The notes under the pieces are model-generated. The model ran no database searches. It was not told where the DNA came from and saw only the letters and a list, made by a program, of their open reading frames with translations. A stretch of DNA of 64,000 bases, from contig CAVVGY010000010.1 in NCBI GenBank assembly GCA_963747935.1, forward strand, positions 3,783 to 67,782. Reading direction: 5' to 3'. The DNA comes from an uncultured Thermoleophilia bacterium. Its GTDB lineage: Bacteria; Actinomycetota; Thermoleophilia; UBA2241. Below, in pieces: positions 1-10,207 of the stretch (position 1 is the stretch's first letter; the number at the start of each line of letters is the position of its first letter). The position numbers were made by a program, and so were the translations under genes.

Positions 1-1619
1 GCGGCGCTGCTCGCGGCGCTGCCCAAGTTCCCCTCCGCCTACTCGCCGACCACCGACCCCAAGATGGCCAAGCGAGCAGCGCAACAAGGTGCTGCAGCTC
101 ATGGCCGACCAGGGCTACATCACGCAGGAGCGCGCCGACAAGCAGATGGCGAGCAAGCTGCACGTCGTACAAGTACCCGCCGAACTACAACAAGAGCACT
201 GGCCGACTACTTCGTCGACTACGTCACCGACAGCTCGCCAAGCGGTTCGGCTCGGCCAAGGTCTTCGACGGCGGCCTCAAGGTCATCACCAGCATCGACG
301 TCGAAGTGGCAGCAGGAGGCCATCGACATCATCAAGAGCACCACCGCGCCGCTGGACTTCGGCTTCAAGCCGTCGGCGGCCCTGGTCGCCATCGACCCCG
401 CCAACGGCTACATCCGCACCATGGTCGGCGGCCTCGACTACAAGAAGCAGAAGTTCAACCTCGCCTGGCAGGCCAAGCGGCAGCCGGGGTCGTCGATGAA
501 GCCCTTCGTGCTCGCCGACGGCGGTCGAGCAGGGCATGAACCCCGACTCCACCTACTACAACTCCAAGAGCCCGATCATCATCCCGATGGGCGCCTACGC
601 CGAGCCGTGGGTCGTCAACGGCGACGGCCCCGGCGGCCCGGAGAGCGTCTCCGCCGCCACCACCATCTCGGACAACGTCGTGTTCGCGCAGCTCAGCGTC
701 GACGTCGGCCCCGAGAACACGGTGGACATGGCGCACAGGATGGGCATCACCAGCCCGCTCGACGCCGTGCCGTCCATCACGCTGGGCACCTCCGGCGTCA
801 CGCCGCTCGAGATGGCCGACGCCTACGCCACGCTCGCCGCCAACGGCATCCACCACAAGCCGCAGGCCATCGTCAAGGTCGAGCGCCGAGCGGCAAGACC
901 ATCTGGAAGCCGACGACCAAGGGCAAGCGCGCCATCCCGGCCGGCGTCGCCAGCGTGGTCACGCAGTGCCTCGAGCGCGTGGCCTCCGCCGGCACCGGCT
1001 CCGCCACCGGCTCGTACTTCCCCTATCCGCGCGCCGGCAAGACCGGCACCACCGAGAACGGCTGGGACGTGTGGTACGCCGGCTACACGCCGCAGCTCGC
1101 CGCCGCCGTGTGGATGGGCGACACCGAGAAGAACTCGCCCATGCACGGCGCCTACGGCGGCGACTACTGCGCGCCGATGTGGGCCAAGTTCTTCGCCGCG
1201 GCGCTCAAGGACCAGCCGCACCCGAGCTTCAAGACGTTCCCGTGGACGTTCGGCGACTGGGAGAGCAAGTACTCCGCGGGCCGTCGGCCTCGGCGTCGCG
1301 CTCGGCGCAGCCCCAGCGCGAAGCCGAGCCCGGGCGCCGACCAAGACCATCACGCCGACGCCGCAGCCGACCAAGACGCCACGCCGAAGCCGACGCCGAC
1401 CAAGACCAAGCCGACGCCGACGCCCACGCCGACGACGCCCACCGGCACGCCCACGGCGGCGCCGAGGCAGGTCATCCAGGCGCTCACGACGCCGTCGACG
1501 CGTCGCGGCAGCTGGTGGCGGCCGACGCTCAGACGAGCGCCGGGGGCAAGACGGGCGCCGGCGACACGGGTCTGGCCGGCGCCGCCGTGCACTGGGTCGC
1601 CGGCCTGCTCGGACTCTGA
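1..1619 (+). pseudogene. Class A penicillin-binding protein (PBP1A-type); 5' end lies outside the window; frame broken about 8 times as assembled
   Basis: Transpeptidase motifs are readable across frames: SxxK (GSSMKPF), SxN (ISDNVVF) and KTG (AGKTGTTENGWDVWYAGYTPQ). Upstream piece reads VLQLMADQGYITQERAD. A Pro/Thr linker (TPKPTPTKTKPTPTPTPTTPTGTPT) precedes the stop at 1617-1619. Continuity requires hopping among ORFs 64..1734, 89..499, 536..1636 and 966..1619. Confidence 0.8.
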
Positions 1620-1747
1620 CCTCCGCGGTAGAATGACGCGCGCGGCGCGGCCGCCGCAGGTGCGCCGCGCCGTCCGACGACCGCGACCACAGGAGCCGTG
1701 CCGTCTCCGCGCCGTCCGTCACCGCAGCAGCTGAACCGCCGCGTCCC

Positions 1748-3170
1748 GTGCGCGCCACGGGCTGGACGGCGGTCGTGGTCGCCGCCATGGTCGTCTTCGC
1801 CGTCCTCGCGAGCGTCACCGTGGTCGAGCGGCAGCGCGAGTACCGCACCTACCGCAACGACATCGGCAACATGGTCCAGATCGTGGACAACACGGCGCAC
1901 GGCCGGCATCCTGCAGATGACGAGCAACGACGGCCGCCAGATCGACCGGCTGGAGTCGCACGTCGACCCCATCCTCGCGCTGTTCGCGCTCCCCTGGCTG
2001 GTGTGGCCCGACCCGGCCATGCTGCTCGTCGCCCAGGCGGTGCTCGTCGCGCTCGCGGCGTGGCCCGTGTACCGGCTCGGCCGCCGCGTGCTCGGGGACA
2101 CGGCGGCGGCGGCCCTCTGCGCCGCTCGCGGCCGCTCCTCTACCCCCCGCTGCAGTTCGCCGCGCTCGACGAGTTCCACCCGGTCACGCTGGCCATCCCC
2201 CTGCTGCTGTTCGCGTTCGTCTTCCTCGAGGAGGACCGGCGCTGGCTCGCGGTGCCGTTCCTCGTGCTGGCGGCGCTGTGCAAGGAGGAGATCCCGCTGG
2301 TGATCGCCGTGATGGGCCTCTACTTCGCGCTGCGCAAGCGCGCGCTGTGGCCGCTGCTCGTGACGGCTGGCGGCCGGCCTGTACTTCCTGCTGGCCGTGG
2401 GCGTCGTCATGCCGTACTTCGGCGGCGGCGACGCCCAGCCGAGTCCTGAACCGGTACGGAGGCGAGGAGAGCATGCGCAGCCTCGCCACCGGCCTGCTGG
2501 CCCACCCGTGGCGCGCGGTCGACGACGCTGCTCGCGCCGTCGGGGCTCGCCTACCTGGTGAAGCTCCTGTGGCCGTTCGGCTTCACCTCCCTGGCGAGCC
2601 CGCTCACGCTTCCTCATCAGCCTGCCCGAGCTGCTCATCAACCTGCTCTCGGGCAAGCCGCAGCAGCACTCGATCGCCTACCACTACGTGGCCGGCGAGG
2701 CGCCGTTCGTCATCGCCGCCATGGTGCTCGGACTGCGGCGCATCGGCGGCTGGCTGGCGCGGCTCCTGCCCGCCGCGCGCACCGGCGGGTCGCCGCGGCT
2801 CGCACCGGATCCTGGCCGGCGCGGTCGTCGCGGTCGCCCTGGTCGCGACCTTCACCGTCGGCCCGCTCTCCGGCGCGCGGCCGGGCTGGGGACTGGCGCT
2901 CACGCCGGAGCACCGCGCGGTGGTCGCCGAGGCGCTGGCCATGGTGCCGGACGGCGCGAGCGTCTCGGCCGACAACGCGCTCGGGGCGCAGCTCTCCGAG
3001 CGCGAGCGCATCGACAACTTCCCGGTGGTCGGCGCGAGCCGAGTACGTGGTGCTGGACAGCCGGGCGCGGTACGGCGAGGCGAAGGCCAAGGCGCTGAAG
3101 ACGCTGCGGGCGGACCGGCGCTACGAGCTCGTGTTCGAGCGCGAGGGCGTGCTGGTGTTCAAGCGGGTAG
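1748..3170 (+). pseudogene. DUF2079-like polytopic membrane protein; frame broken about 9 times as assembled
   Basis: Hydrophobic segments join across frames: HVDPILALFALPWLVWPDPAMLLVAQAVLVALAAWPVYRLGRR; LYPPLQFAALDEFHPVTLAIPLLLFAFVFLEEDRRW; SIAYHYVAGEAPFVIAAMVLG; C-terminus AEYVVLDSRARYGEAKAKALKTLRADRRYELVFEREGVLVFKR. The family call rests on remembered DUF2079 features. The 3' end is uncertain because the final stop is displaced by an indel. Confidence 0.6.
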
Positions 3171-3202
3171 AGCGAGCGCGGCGGAGTCCGGCGGCAAGCC
3201 GT

Positions 3203-3811
3203 CTACCAGGTCTCGTAGCGCTCCGAGCCCTTGCGGTACTCCTTGATCTGCTCGCTGAAGCCGTCGGCGATGGTCATGATGCGGCAGCTCATCTCGAGCA
3301 CGCTGGTGAGCTGGTAGGCCTCCTCGAGCAGGTGGCCGATGGCGAACGGCCCGTGGCCGCGCAGCATCACGATGTCGTACTCCTTGAGCCACTTGGGCAG
3401 CAGGTCCGCGACCTCTTTGGACCCCGCCGTGAGCTCGGTGTGCACCACCGGCACCTTGTGCAGCAGGTACGAGCCCTCGCTGTCGATGGGGACGATCTCG
3501 TCGCACATGAGCGAGCGCGCGATGGCGTAGGGCGGGTGCGCGTGCACGATCGCCTGCGCCGCCGTGCCCTGGTAGATGGCGCGGTGCACGTTGATCTCGG
3601 TGCTGGCGAGCATGACGTTGGCGTCGTTCTCCTCGAGGCCCGTCTCGATGATGTCCCGCTCCTCGAGACGGGCCAGCATGGAGCCGCGACGGGTGATGAG
3701 GATGCGGTCGCCCATGCGCACGCTGAGGTTGCCGCCGTGCGAGCTGATGACGCCGGCGACGAAGAGGTCCCGGCCGATCTGGCGGAACTGCTCGAGGACG
3801 GCCGAGCTCAC
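3203..3811 (-). CDS. Class II aldolase/adducin-domain protein (FucA/MtnB-like)
   Basis: Intact 202-aa ORF containing HGGNLSVR, VHAHPPYA and MLRGHGPF motifs. Its GTG start overlaps the AOR stop (tcac at 3808-3811). Confidence 0.85.
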   Translation of the reverse strand: MSSAVLEQFRQIGRDLFVAGVISSHGGNLSVRMGDRILITRRGSMLARLEERDIIETGLEENDANVMLASTEINVHRAIYQGTAAQAIVHAHPPYAIARSLMCDEIVPIDSEGSYLLHKVPVVHTELTAGSKEVADLLPKWLKEYDIVMLRGHGPFAIGHLLEEAYQLTSVLEMSCRIMTIADGFSEQIKEYRKGSERYETW

Positions 3812-5710
3812 GGGGCGGCCGTCCGGGGGACGCCCGCGGGCACGCCGGCGGCCGCGGCGACCTCGGTGAGCCCGAGGCGCTCGAGCTTGGCCGCCGAGGG
3901 CACGCCGCCGTCGTCCCAGCCGCGCGAGATGTAGTACTCGTCGAGCATCGGCGGCAAGTCTACTACCTGCCCCGCCGACGGCCCCTCGGCCACGGGCTCG
4001 TGTGAGCAGCCGGGGCGGCAGCGTGTCCTCGGCGCGCGCTGAATCCGGCCGCGAGGTTGAAGAGCCGCTCGGCGTTCCAGATGCGCTCGCCGAGCAGCAG
4101 CAGTTCCTGCGGCTCCACCTGCTCGCCCCACACGGCGCTGAGCTGGCGGGCGTAGTAGTCCTCCTTCATCGCGAAGGCGGTGAACTTGCAGACGCTGAGC
4201 GAGTCGAGCACGGCGTTGAGGTTCTGGAGGTTGATGAGCAGGCCGGCCTTGCCGAGCGTGGCGAAGCGGTCGACCATCTTGGGCACGCCGAGGATCTCGG
4301 GACCGAGCATGTTGGCGCGCAGGTGGCAGCCGCCGCGGTTGCTGGTGGCGTAGGCCAGGCCCTGGGCCTTCATGCCGCGCGGGTCGTAGGCCGGCATCTC
4401 CATCTGCTTGACGCTCATGGAGAGGTCGGGGCGGCCGTGGAGGGCGGCGAAGCGCGCCGAGCCGAGCCCGAGCTCGGCGCCGAGGCCCTCGCCGGCGGCC
4501 GTGGCCTCGGCGAGCGCGATGATGGCCCGCGCGTCGCCGAACCGCGGGCCGTCCGGCAGCAGGCCGATGTCCGTGAGCTCCATGGCGCAGGCGATGGTGG
4601 AGCCCATGGTGATGGTGTCCATGCCGGCGCGGTTGCAGGCGTAGTTGGCCTGCACGATCGCCGTCAGGTCGCTCACGCCGCACTGGGCCCCGAACGCCCA
4701 GATGCTCTCGTATTCGGGGCCCTCCCCGCTCTGGCCGCCCGCCTCGGTGCGGCGGGCGCAGCCGATGATGCAGCCGCGGCAGGCGGTCCGGCGCGCGACG
4801 TGCTCACGCTTGAGCGCCTCGCCGGAGATGGCCGCGGCGCCCTCGAACCGGCGTCTCGCGGTGGTTGCGCGTCGGCAGCGCGCCGGCCTGGTCGAGCACG
4901 TTGACGAGCACCGACGTGCCGAACTCGGGCAGCGCCGTGGACGTGATCGGGTTGGACTTGAGCAGCTTCTCGGCCTCGTAGACGATGAACTCGAGGCGCT
5001 CGGGGTCGGCCACCGGCGGCTTGCGCGTCCGCGGCCGTCGATGACGAGCGCCTTGAGGTTCTTGGACCCCATCACGGCGCCCAGGCCGCCGCGGCCGATG
5101 GACCGTCCGCGGTTGTTGACGATGCTCGCGAACAGCACGCCGCGCTCGCCGGCCGGGCCGATGACGGCCGCCTCGGCCGGGGTGCAGCTCGCGCAGCGCG
5201 CTCGAGCGCGGAGGGGACGTCGAGACCCCAGAGGCCGGCGGCGGGGTGCAGCGCGCGCCGCCGGGCCGGCCAGCGGCTGCGCCGGGCCGGCCGGCGAGCC
5301 TCGCCGGGCTCGTCCGAGGCCGACGGTGACGTAGCCGGGCTCGTCCAGTGCGCCGGTGACGATCAGGTAGTCCCAGCCCAGGCGGCGGAGGGCGTTGCCG
5401 AAGTTGCCGCCGGAGTTGCCGTCGAACACCGTGCCGGTGAGCGGCGAGCGGCTGGTCATGCTGTAGCGGCCGCTGGCCGGCGCGCCGGTGCCCGTCAGCG
5501 GGCCCGGCGCGAACGACGAGCAGGTTTCCGGGCGCGAGCGGGTCCACCTCGTACAGCCGCTCGCGGAGCGCGATGTACGCGCCGAGACCGCGCCCGCCGA
5601 GCCAGAGGCGCGCGACCTCGGCGGGCAGTTCTTCTCTGCTGGTGCGGCTGGTGAAGATCGAGGCGCAGGCCGCGGAGCGGCCGCAGGCCGCTGAGGAGGG
5701 CGGGTGTCAC
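3808..5710 (-). pseudogene. aor: Tungsten-type aldehyde:ferredoxin oxidoreductase (AOR family); several frame breaks
   Basis: Family-typical strings: LWLGGRGLGAYI, SPLTGTVFDGNSGG, GGLGAVMGSKNLKALVIDG, CRGCIIGC, GPEYESIWAFGAQCGV, MDTITMGSTIACAMEL, YATSNRGGCHLRA, and C-terminus MLDEYYISRGWDDGGVP. A candidate GTG start at 5710 lies 6 nt after a TATACT hexamer (5722-5717 on the minus strand). Confidence 0.85.
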
Positions 5711-5817
5711 CGGCCGAGTATAGACGCGCCCGGTGCGAGCTCGACCGGCCGCGGCGCAGTCTGAGCGTGCCGTGGCCGCCGCGGCGCCGTCCGGCCTGTC
5801 CCACGGCCGCCGCCGGC

Positions 5818-7092
5818 CTAGAGCGCCTTGCGCTTGTCGACCACGCGCACGGCCTTGCCCTCGGAGCGCTGGATCGTCTTGGGCTCCTTGAGCTTCACCG
5901 CGCACTGGATGTTGAGCACGTTGTAGATCTGCGCCTGCACGCCCTTCTGGAACCGCTCCAGGTCGCCCATGGTCTCGGCGAAGAGGTCCTCGCCCACCTC
6001 GACCCACACCTCGATGATGTCGAGGTAGCCCTTGCGGTCGACGACGATCTGGTAGTGCGGCTCGATCGACGGGATGCTCATGAGCACCTCTTCGATCTGG
6101 CTCGGGAAGACGTTGACGCCCCTGATGATGAGCATGTCGTCGCTGCGCCCGATGGGCTTGCTCATGCGCACCGAGGTGCGGCCGCAGGCGCACGGCTCGG
6201 CGATGAGCGTGCAGAGGTCGCGGGTGCGGTAGCGGATGAGCGGCTGGGCCTCGCGGCTCAGCGTGGTGAAGACGAGCTCGCCGACCTCGCCGTACGGCAG
6301 CGGCCGCAGCGTCTCGGGGTCGATGATCTCGGCGAGGTAGTGGTCCTCGTTGATGTGCATGCCGGCCTTGCAGAGGCACTCGTAGGCCACGCCGGGGCCG
6401 CCCATCTCGCTGAGGCCGTAGATGTCGAGCGCGTGCTCGCCGAGGCCGGCCTCGATCTGCACGCGGAGCTCGTTGGTCCACGGCTCGGCGCCGTGGAAGC
6501 CGACGCGCAGCGGCAGGTCCTCGGGCCGCAGGCCGCGGTCGCGCGCGGCGTCGGCCAGGTACATGGCGTAGGACGGCGTGCAGCTCAGGGCGGTGGCGCC
6601 GAAGTCGCGCATGATCTTGAGCTGCCGCTCGGTGTTGCCGCCCGAGATGGGCACCACGGTGCAGCCCAGGCGCTCGGCGCCGAGGTGCAGGCCGAGCCCG
6701 CCGGTGAAGAGGCCGTAGCCGAACGCGTTCTGGAGCAGGTCGCCCGGCGCCACGCCGCCCGCGGCGAGGGTCCGGGCGATCAGGTCGGCCCAGAGGTCGA
6801 TGTCGCCGCGCGTGTACCCGACCGTGGTCGGGTTGCCCGTCGTGCCGGAGCTGGCGTGCACGCGCACGACCTTGTCGCGCTGCCGCGCGAACATGCCGAA
6901 CGGGTAGTGGTCGCGCAGGTCGATCTTGGTGGTGAACGGCAGGCCGGCGACGTCGCCGTGGCCGGTCACGTCGCCGGGCTTGAAGCCGAGCTCGTCCAGC
7001 TTCTTGCGGTAGAAGGGGACGTTCTCGTAGGCGTTCTCGAGAGTGGCGCGCAGGCGCTCGATCTGCAGCGCGTCGAGCTGCTCGCGCGGCAT
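5818..7092 (-). CDS. paaK: Phenylacetate-CoA ligase (PaaK family)
   Basis: Intact 424-aa ORF with SSGTTGNPT (AMP-binding P-loop), YGLSEMGGPGV and MLIIRGVNVFPSQIE. The region 7093-7171 also has coding GC3 in another frame (VSAASSEEHLTKDAAGGLNWQPAAET). The true start is therefore probably the GTG at 7171, with one frame break near 7095. Confidence 0.9.
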   Translation of the reverse strand: MPREQLDALQIERLRATLENAYENVPFYRKKLDELGFKPGDVTGHGDVAGLPFTTKIDLRDHYPFGMFARQRDKVVRVHASSGTTGNPTTVGYTRGDIDLWADLIARTLAAGGVAPGDLLQNAFGYGLFTGGLGLHLGAERLGCTVVPISGGNTERQLKIMRDFGATALSCTPSYAMYLADAARDRGLRPEDLPLRVGFHGAEPWTNELRVQIEAGLGEHALDIYGLSEMGGPGVAYECLCKAGMHINEDHYLAEIIDPETLRPLPYGEVGELVFTTLSREAQPLIRYRTRDLCTLIAEPCACGRTSVRMSKPIGRSDDMLIIRGVNVFPSQIEEVLMSIPSIEPHYQIVVDRKGYLDIIEVWVEVGEDLFAETMGDLERFQKGVQAQIYNVLNIQCAVKLKEPKTIQRSEGKAVRVVDKRKAL

Positions 7093-7167
7093 GCGTCTCC
7101 GCGGCCGGCTGCCAGTTCAGCCCGCCGGCCGCGTCCTTGGTGAGGTGCTCTTCGGACGACGCGGCGC

Positions 7168-7580
7168 TCACAGCGCGCGCACCTCCTCGTCGGTGAGCAG
7201 CGTCACCTTGTCGTTGAGCAGTTCGACGGCGCGGTCGACGTCGCGCACCGCGAAGCAGATGTTCCAGAAGGAGATGCTGTACAGGTAGTCGATGGAGACG
7301 CCGGCCTCCGCGAGCTGGTCGAGCACGCCGGCGAGCCCGCCGGGCACGTCGTCGACCTTGACGCAGATGACCTCGGAGAAGTGCGTGGTGAAGCCGGCGT
7401 CGTGCAGCAGTCGCGGGCGCGGTCCGGGTCGGTGAGGATGAGACGGACGATGCCGTACTCGGCAGCCTCCGTCGTGGAGAAGCCGCGGATGTTGATGCCG
7501 GCCTGGCCGAGGATGTCGGCCACCTCGGCGAGACGCCCGCTGCGGTTCTCGAGGAACACGGTGAGCTGCTTGACCTTCAC
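7168..7580 (-). pseudogene. Small ACT-domain protein (amino-acid-binding regulatory domain); one frame break near 7400
   Basis: Two ACT-like halves are visible: VKVKQLTVFLENRSGRLAEVADILGQAGINIRGFSTTEAAEYGIVRLILTDPDRAR, then LLHDAGFTTHFSEVICVKVDDVPGGLAGVLDQLAEAGVSIDYLYS. GTGA overlaps occur at both ends (7577-7580 and 7168-7171). Confidence 0.7.
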
Positions 7581-8175
7581 GACTCGACCTCCTGGGTCGC
7601 GACCGCGGCGCGCCCGAGCTCGAACGCGCGCAGATTGACGTCGAGGATCTTGGCGGGGACGGCGGCCTCGAGGCCGCGCCGCCAGTCTTCTTCGCTGAAC
7701 GGGAGCACCGCGGACGCGGCGCCGAGCAGCGCCACGTTGACGGCGCGCAGGGTGCCCGCCTCGCGGGCGAGCCCCTCGGCGTCGACGGCGATGAGCCGCA
7801 CGCCGCGCCGGCGCGGCCGCGCCGGCCAGGTCGTCCGGGTAGTCCTCCTCGCGGCGCAGCACGCTGCCCGGCGTGATGCGCGTGGTGACGGCGCAGACCA
7901 GGGTGCCGCCTGGCGGTGAGCAGGCCGAGGCCGCGGATGCCCTCGAGGAGCTCCGTGGCGATGACGACGTCCGCGTGCGGCGAGACCGGCGACCACACGT
8001 GCTCGCCGAAGCGCACCGTGCTGAGCACGCTGCCGCCGCGCTGCGCCATGCCCTTGACCTCGCTGGCCTTGACCTCCAGGCCGGCCAGCGACGCGGTCTC
8101 GGCGAGGATCGCGGCGCCGAGCAGGATGCCCTGGCCGCCGACCCCGACGAGCGAGACCGTGGTGGTGCCGTTCAC
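7577..8175 (-). pseudogene. iorB: Indolepyruvate:ferredoxin oxidoreductase beta subunit; about 2 frame breaks
   Basis: N-terminus VSLVGVGGQGILLGAAILAETASLAGLEVKASEVKGMAQRGGSV; C-terminus VNVALLGAASAVLPFSEEDWRRGLEAAVPAKILDVNLRAFELG. GTGA overlap with the iorA stop at 8172-8175. Confidence 0.8.
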
Positions 8176-9962
8176 GAGCCGCCGCCCACGGGCTCGAGCG
8201 TGAGCGCGCGGCGCTTGCAGACCTCCACGCACAGGCCGCAGCCGGTGCACGAGTCGAGGATCGAGATGGCGTCCTCACCCGGCGCGATGGCAGGGCAGCC
8301 GATGTCGACGCACAGGCCGCAGAGGTTGCAGCGCTCCTCGTCGACGCAGACCTCGCCGGCCACCTCGCGCGTCATGAGCACGCACGGCGCCAGCGCCACG
8401 ATGACGCCCAGGCCGGGCGCCTTGGCCTCGGCCTTGACGGCCGCGTCGAGAGCCTTGTGGTCGTTGGCGTCCACGGTGACGCAGCGCACGCCGATGCCCT
8501 CGCAGAGCTTCTGGACGTCCACGCTGGGGCCCTGCGCGCGGTCCGGGTGCAGCCCCGTGCCGGGGTGCCCCTGGTGGCCGGTCATGGCGGTGGTGCGGTT
8601 GTCGAGGATGACGAGCATGCCCTCGACCTCGTTGTAGAAGGCGTCGATGAGCGACGAGACGCCGGAGTGGAAGAAGGTGGAGTCGCCGATGACGCCCACG
8701 GCGGCCTTCTTGCCGAGCGCCTTGTTGAAGCCGGCCATCATGCCGACGCTGGCGCCCATGCACAGGCAGCTGTCCATGGCCAGGAGCGGCGGCAGCGCGC
8801 CGAGCGTGTAGCAGCCGATGTCGCCCATCGGCGCGAGCTTCTGCTTGCGCAGCGACGGCGAACACGGAGCGGTGCGAGCAGCCCGGGCAGAGCACCGGCG
8901 GGCGCACGGGCAGGCCGGGCGCCGGCTGCGGCGGCGTCGGCGAGCTTGGGCGCCGGGGGCAGTACCGGCCTCCGGCGCGGCGGCGGCTTGCGCAGCACGT
9001 AGGGCTCCAGCGCGCGGAAGACGATCTCCTGGTCGAGCTCGCCGTCGGACGGGATGGCGGCCTTGCCGATCACCGGCAGCCCGAGGGCGCGCACCTGCTC
9101 CTCGAAGAACGGGTCGAGCTCCTCGACGACCGCGACCCGCGAGACGTGCTCGTACAGGCGCGTGACCTTGGCGTAGGGCAGCGGGTGCGACATGCCCAGC
9201 TTGAGGAACCAGGCCTTGGGGAACGCCTCGCGCGCATACGAATACGCGATGCCCGAGGCGATGATGCCGAAGTCTGACGAGCCCGCCTCCAGCACGTTGA
9301 GCGGGCTCTCCTCCGCGCGCCTGCGCAGCTTCTCGAGCCGCTCCAGCACGAGCGCGGTTACGCTGCCGCGCGTACTGCGGGACCATGACGTACTTGCTGA
9401 TGTCCCGCGCGTAGTCGCGCGGCGGCACCTCGACCGGCACGCGCGGCAGCACCTGCCCGCGTCCGTGGGAGATCCGCGTGGTGGTGCGCAGCATCACCGG
9501 CGTGTCGAACTCCTCGGACAGCGCGAACGCCTCGGCCACGAAGTCGTAGGCCTCCTGGCTGTCCGACGGCTCGAGCATGGGGATCTTGGCGAACCTGGCG
9601 TAGTTGCGGTTGTCCTGCTCGTTCTGCGACGAGTGCATGCCCGGGTCGTCGGCGCTGAGGATGACGAGTCCGGCGTTGACGCCGGTGAGCGAGAGCGTCA
9701 TGAACGGGTCGGCGGCGACGTTGAGGCCCACGTGCTTCATGGTGACGATGGTGCGCACGCCGGCCAGCGACGCGCCGACCGCCGTCTCCAGCGCCACCTT
9801 CTCGTTGACGCACCACTCGCTGTGGATGCCCTGCAGCCTGGCGGTCGTCTCGATGATCTCGGTGGACGGCGTGCCGGGGTAGCCGCAGGCGAAACCGGCC
9901 CCGGCGCGGACTGCGCCGTGCGCGATGGCTTCGTTCCCGGAGAAGAAGAGCTGGCGTTCCAT
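8172..9962 (-). pseudogene. iorA: Indolepyruvate:ferredoxin oxidoreductase alpha subunit (TPP plus 2x[4Fe-4S]); about 4 frame breaks
   Basis: MERQLFFSGNEAIAHGAVRAGAGFACGYPGTPSTEI; SADDPGMHSSQNEQDNR; GDIGCYTLG; GVIGDSTFFHSGVSSL. Ferredoxin-type cysteine clusters are present: CNLCGLCVDIGCP and CTGCGLCVEVC. Confidence 0.85.
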
Positions 9963-10086
9963 GGGGAAGCGAATTCTACCCGAGGCGGCGCGCCCGGCGC
10001 CACTCGGGATCGGCCCGTCGCCGCTCTCGGCGCCGGCTTCCGACGGCGCGCGGGCTGATGACCTTGCCCGGCGCGCGATAATCGTC

Positions 10087-10150
10087 ATTCTCAGCCTCAA
10101 GCATCAACCCTCAACTAGACCTTGAAGGATTTGCGATTTGCTGCCAGAAT
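10087..10150. promoter_or_regulatory. Candidate divergent promoter region between iorA and the GGDEF-like gene
   Basis: This is the only clearly AT-richer patch of the 246-bp intergenic region. Plus strand: TTGAAG (10122-10127), 17 nt, CAGAAT (10145-10150). Minus strand: TTGAGG (10114-10109), 16 nt, GAGAAT (10092-10087). All hexamers are imperfect matches. Confidence 0.3.
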
Positions 10151-10207
10151 AGTCACGGCATGCAGCGCGCATCCCTCACGCCACGCATGACTCGGACGGC
10201 GGCCTGA

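Noticed and set aside
1370-1450. Short tandem-like DNA repetition (ccgacgcc / accaagacc units)
   Set aside because: It encodes the Pro/Thr-rich linker of the PBP (TPKPTPTKTKPTPTPTPTTPT). It is low-complexity coding sequence, not a repeat element or CRISPR array.
823-2656. Minus-strand ORFs 823..1848 and 1529..2656 (341 and 375 aa) antisense to the PBP and DUF2079 genes
   Set aside because: Arg/Pro-rich shadow ORFs without motifs. The plus-strand frames carry recognisable PBP and membrane-protein sequence.
5495-7171. Long ORFs overlapping paaK (5495..7171 minus, another frame; 5704..7143 plus strand), each over 470 aa
   Set aside because: Their translations are Arg/Ala/Pro/Gly-rich low-complexity sequence, typical of off-frame and antisense shadows in very GC-rich DNA. 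The paaK frame has clear family motifs. Only the last ~26 codons (7093-7171) of the first ORF look coding, and they are probably the displaced PaaK N-terminus.
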